DNA of 64,000 nucleotides from Escherichia coli (GTDB lineage Bacteria; Pseudomonadota; Gammaproteobacteria; Enterobacterales; Enterobacteriaceae): NCBI RefSeq assembly GCF_044647545.1, contig NZ_CP172818.1; one strand, 5' to 3'. Shown piece by piece: positions 60,263 to 64,000 of this stretch (position 1 is its first letter; each line of letters starts with the position of its first letter). The notes under the pieces were generated by a model. It saw only the letters and a program-made list of their open reading frames with translations, ran no database searches and was not told where the DNA came from. The position numbers and the translations under genes were made by a program.

Positions 60263-61054
60263 ATGCCTGAAGGCCCGGAGATCCGCCGTGCAGCGGATAA
60301 CCTGGAGGCGGCGATCAAAGGCAAACCACTAACTGATGTCTGGTTTGCCTTCCCGCAGTTAAAATCTTATCAATCACAACTTATCGGTCAACACGTTACC
60401 CATGTGGAAACGCGTGGTAAGGCGTTGTTAACTCATTTTTCCAACGAATTAACGCTCTACAGCCATAATCAGCTTTACGGCGTCTGGCGCGTGGTTGATA
60501 CCGGCAAAGAGCCGCAGACCACGCGAGTATTGCGGGTAAAACTGCAAACGGCTGACAAAACCATTCTGCTTTATAGCGCCTCGGATATTGAGATGTTGAC
60601 CCCGGAACAACTGACCACGCATCCGTTTTTACAACGCATTGGTCCCGATGTGCTGGATCCGAATCTGACGCCGGAGGTGGTAAAGGAACGATTATTGTCG
60701 CCGCGCTTTCGTAACCGTCAGTTTGCTGGATTACTGCTCGATCAGGCGTTTCTGGCTGGGCTTGGCAATTATTTGCGGGTGGAGATCCTCTGGCAGGTTG
60801 GGTTGACTGGAAATCATAAAGCGAAAGATCTCAATGCGGCGCAACTGGATGCACTCGCACACGCGTTACTGGATATTCCTCGACTTTCTTACGCTACGCG
60901 GGGGCAGGTGGATGAGAATAAGCATCATGGGGCGCTGTTTCGCTTTAAGGTTTTTCATCGTGATAGCGAACCGTGCGAACGCTGTGGCGGCATCATTGAG
61001 AAAACCACGCTGTCATCTCGCCCGTTTTACTGGTGCCCTGGCTGCCAGCACTAG
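60263..61054 (+). CDS. nei: Endonuclease VIII (DNA glycosylase/AP lyase)
   Basis: 263 aa ORF; N-terminal PEGPEI and C-terminal zinc finger CxxC...CxxC. Confidence 0.95.
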   Translation: MPEGPEIRRAADNLEAAIKGKPLTDVWFAFPQLKSYQSQLIGQHVTHVETRGKALLTHFSNELTLYSHNQLYGVWRVVDTGKEPQTTRVLRVKLQTADKTILLYSASDIEMLTPEQLTTHPFLQRIGPDVLDPNLTPEVVKERLLSPRFRNRQFAGLLLDQAFLAGLGNYLRVEILWQVGLTGNHKAKDLNAAQLDALAHALLDIPRLSYATRGQVDENKHHGALFRFKVFHRDSEPCERCGGIIEKTTLSSRPFYWCPGCQH

Positions 61055-62097
61055 GCCGAACGCTTCGGCGCATAGGTTGAAATAAACCGTGCGATGGCAG
61101 GCCCCGTCAGCAAAATACTGAACAGGCGCAGGGTTTGCATCGCCATAATGAGCGCCATATCGGCATTGCTCCCTGCGGCGATAACCGCCACGGTATCAAG
61201 CCCGCCGGGGCTGGTGGCGAGGTAGGCAGTCATAAAATCAATGTGCATAAACCGGGTCAGTCCCCACGCCATACCCGCACAAATAGCCAGCAGAGCAAAA
61301 ATCGACAGCAGGATTTGTGGCAGTGGGCGCAATGCCCGCAGTAATATTTGTTTATCGAAACCAAGACCAATCCGCCAGCCAATTGCCATATATGCTATCG
61401 CCAGCAGCCATTCCGGGAGTTCAATCGTGATGAGCTGACCAGACTGGAGCACTGCGCCCGCCAGCATCGGGATGAGCATCGTGCCGGAAGGAAGACGTAG
61501 CAAGCATCCCGCCGTACCGGCAACGACCGCGAGCATAATCGTAAGCAGGAGATTAATGCTCACTGGCGGGAACCAGACGATCTGCTGGTTAACCGCTTCA
61601 GCGTTATCACCCAGCATCATGCGGGTGACCAGAACAGCGGCCCCCGCGACGAACAGCACTCGCAGATATTGCATAAACGCCACCAGGCGAATATCTGCGC
61701 CGTAATCTTGCGCCATAGCGACCATTGCCGCCGCGCCGCCAGGAGAAGAACCCCAGGCACCGGTATTTCCAGGCAGTGAGCTATAGCGCACCAATAACCA
61801 ACCCACGATGGCGCTGGAAAGCAGCGTCACCAGTAAAATCGCAAGCACGATCGGCCAGTTGACGGCCAGCGTGGTGAGAATCGAACCAGTGAGGTTTTGT
61901 GCAATCATGCAGCCAAGAATGGCCTGGGCGGCGAGAAAAGCGGAGCGGGGAAGTTGCAGAGTGACTCCGCGCATACTGAAGATGATCCCGGCGATCATCG
62001 GGCCAAGCAGGAGTGCCGCCGGGAGATGTAAAGCGAGGAAGCCAATAGAAAGGAGAAGTGACAGAACACATAACATTCCCCACTGCAAAACTGGCAT
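61051..62097 (-). CDS. abrB: AbrB-family membrane protein (regulator of aidB expression)
   Basis: 348 aa polytopic membrane ORF. Confidence 0.85.
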   Translation of the reverse strand: MPVLQWGMLCVLSLLLSIGFLALHLPAALLLGPMIAGIIFSMRGVTLQLPRSAFLAAQAILGCMIAQNLTGSILTTLAVNWPIVLAILLVTLLSSAIVGWLLVRYSSLPGNTGAWGSSPGGAAAMVAMAQDYGADIRLVAFMQYLRVLFVAGAAVLVTRMMLGDNAEAVNQQIVWFPPVSINLLLTIMLAVVAGTAGCLLRLPSGTMLIPMLAGAVLQSGQLITIELPEWLLAIAYMAIGWRIGLGFDKQILLRALRPLPQILLSIFALLAICAGMAWGLTRFMHIDFMTAYLATSPGGLDTVAVIAAGSNADMALIMAMQTLRLFSILLTGPAIARFISTYAPKRSA

Positions 62098-62248
62098 CCG
62101 TCACTCCCTGTTTAACTTACCTTTGGTGTATCGATACAGCATAAAGAATGCGCCTCAACGAAAAAATAGCGGTAATCAAGAAAAAGGGGAAAATCAGCAA
62201 TTTTCTGAAAGAGATGCCCTTTCCGGCGGCAAAGGGCATCATGGTAAA

Positions 62249-63310
62249 TCAGTTATAGTTAATCTTAAAAAGCACCACTGTATCGAAGGGGCCAGCCTCG
62301 ATGGGGGTGCCTGGAATGGACGAAAGTTCAGCCGTATAGGTTTTTTCGTAGACCAACATGTCACTGGTGAAATCGGCGTATTCAGCATATTTATTGAAGG
62401 TATAAGGCGAGGCGTTTTCATCCAGTAAACGTAGCTTCAGACCATTACCAATCAACAATGCTTTATCTTCTTCAACCAACGTTTCTTCGGTATAAAAGGA
62501 GGAACTGACTTTAAATCCGTCGGTGCATTGATCGTTTTGGCTCTTGGTCGTTTTAATACTGAACGTTTTCGACATTGTGTGGCGACGTATATCCAGCAAA
62601 TTAAATTTACCAAAATCAATCACCTGTGTTTCCGGTGAAATGGAAAAATTGACGCTGCAATCCAGCACGCGAATGTTTTCCAGACCAGTAATATGATATT
62701 TCAGGTTTTGGGCAGTAGGGTCTTCGTTAACGCTACCGGCACCGTCAAATTGCACGACGATATAGTCGCTAAGCGTACTTTGATAATCATGCGGCGGCAT
62801 TTCTCGTATTTTGACGTATAACCGCATGCGAGCGAGAAAGGTACGCGACATATGAATATTAGCGGGATCGCCCGAGCAAATTTTGTTCTGCCATCCCATC
62901 GCGATGATCTGCTCAGGGGTATAAATATCAATGTTCTTACTGTCGATACACTGGTTAGTGTCGATGCGACTTTTTCCCAGACTGGCATCGTAATCGACAC
63001 CGTTGTATGTCACGCCGAGTTGATAATAACGATCCTGCACCCCCGGATAGGGGTTTACCCAGGCGTAGACATGCTCGCTTTCAAAGTTGCCGTTGGTATT
63101 GTTGTCACAATAGACGGGAATTTTAATATCGTCAGATTCCCAGATCTTATCACCGGGTTTGGCATTGCCTGGTACAGCAAACGGTTGAATCGCTTCTGAT
63201 TTTTCTACTGCGCCACCAGATGTACCAAAATAGCAGTTCAGCGCCATTGCAGACTTCAACGGCAGAAATAACAGGCAGATGACGAGCAACAATCCCTTGC
63301 CAGCACTCAT
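62249..63310 (-). CDS. ybgO: Fimbrial adhesin-like protein
   Basis: ORF 62249..63337; start MSAGKGLLL preceded by GGAGG; signal peptide; chaperone-usher operon context. Confidence 0.8.
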   Translation of the reverse strand: MSAGKGLLLVICLLFLPLKSAMALNCYFGTSGGAVEKSEAIQPFAVPGNAKPGDKIWESDDIKIPVYCDNNTNGNFESEHVYAWVNPYPGVQDRYYQLGVTYNGVDYDASLGKSRIDTNQCIDSKNIDIYTPEQIIAMGWQNKICSGDPANIHMSRTFLARMRLYVKIREMPPHDYQSTLSDYIVVQFDGAGSVNEDPTAQNLKYHITGLENIRVLDCSVNFSISPETQVIDFGKFNLLDIRRHTMSKTFSIKTTKSQNDQCTDGFKVSSSFYTEETLVEEDKALLIGNGLKLRLLDENASPYTFNKYAEYADFTSDMLVYEKTYTAELSSIPGTPIEAGPFDTVVLFKINYN

Positions 63311-64000
63311 TTCGCCTCCACTGCTTGTAAACGGCATTGTCCGCTGCAGTTGAGCGTCGTCATGCGTAATGCGCCGTAATCATCCATGTAACCGAGATAA
63401 AACTGGCTGCCGCTATAACTTCCGGTGTTTGTGTTGACCGTACTAAAAGGTGCAACCATCACGGTTTTGAAGCCTGGGAGAACGCCTTTTTCATTTCTCC
63501 CCAGATAGGCAATGGTCAGATAATACGCGGTAGGATTTTTCAGTGTCAGTTGGTTGCCCTGCTGGCTGACCTGTAACTGCAGTTCGACCTTTTCTCCTGC
63601 TTTCTTGCGTAATGCAGCCGGTCGCCAGAACAATTTAATACGACTTTGAATAGCGACCTGAAGTATCGCATGGTCGCTGCTTTTATCCGGAGCGGGAGGA
63701 ATTTCGCGCATATTGTAGAAAAATAGCGTTTCGCGATCGCCAGGTAATTGTGTGGTTGAGGCTTGTTTCACAACCCGCACCTGCGATGTCGCTTTCGGTT
63801 CCAGACGTTGAATAGGGGGCAAAGCGACCAGAAGAGCATCGCTTTTCTCCCCTTTTTCATTTTCTATCCAGGAATAAGCAAGATAAGGCAGTTTGTCACT
63901 TTGGTTTTCGATACGCAGGCTGGTGGCTTTGTCATTGGCGTTAAACACAATGCGTGTGCGATCGGGTTGCACCGCAGCATTGCAACCCAAGCTGATGGTT
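63307..64000 (-). CDS. ybgP: Periplasmic fimbrial chaperone (PapD-like), 5' end beyond window
   Basis: Open reading frame runs to the window edge; PapD-like sequence; overlaps ybgO start. Confidence 0.8.
   Translation of the reverse strand, partial: TISLGCNAAVQPDRTRIVFNANDKATSLRIENQSDKLPYLAYSWIENEKGEKSDALLVALPPIQRLEPKATSQVRVVKQASTTQLPGDRETLFFYNMREIPPAPDKSSDHAILQVAIQSRIKLFWRPAALRKKAGEKVELQLQVSQQGNQLTLKNPTAYYLTIAYLGRNEKGVLPGFKTVMVAPFSTVNTNTGSYSGSQFYLGYMDDYGALRMTTLNCSGQCRLQAVEAK

Noticed and set aside
62213-62240. 10-bp-stem hairpin (gatgcccttt/aaagggcatc) just downstream of ybgO as a terminator
   Set aside because: No U-run on either strand; kept as a structural hairpin only, not annotated.

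Overview
The window is colinear with the Escherichia coli K-12 chromosome from gltL to ybgP. All calls are from reading the sequence and ORF track against remembered K-12 gene order and protein lengths; nothing was searched. Content in order: gltLKJ-gltI (minus), an anomalous 2.4 kb gltI-lnt spacer, lnt-corC-ybeY-ybeZ-miaB (minus), ubiF, a seven-tRNA operon (glnX-glnV-metU-glnW-glnU-leuW-metT, minus), asnB, umpH-nagC-nagA-nagB (minus) divergent from nagE, glnS, chiPQ, fur with its uof leader, fldA, ybfE, ybfF, seqA-pgm, ybfP, ybfG, a kdpE-like gene remnant, potE-speF with the speFL leader, kdpFABCDE (minus), ybfA, the rhsC polymorphic-toxin locus with ybfB, an orphan rhs fragment and two H-repeat (ISAs1-like) copies, ybgA-phr, dtpD, ybgI-pxpBCA, nei, abrB and the start of the ybgOP fimbrial operon. 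I found no convincing novel multi-gene system. The things most worth a second look are: (1) two low-complexity homopolymer-rich blocks in intergenic DNA (gltI-lnt, where K-12 carries IS5, and metT-asnB), which look more like assembly artefact or degenerate insertion than biology; (2) the rhsC locus, with a low-GC toxin tip, a 1 kb duplicated core, an orphan fragment fused to an H-repeat fragment, and a degenerate second H-repeat copy; (3) apparent single-base frameshifts in ybfB and at the 3' end of phr; (4) a kdpE 3'-end duplicate between ybfG and potE.
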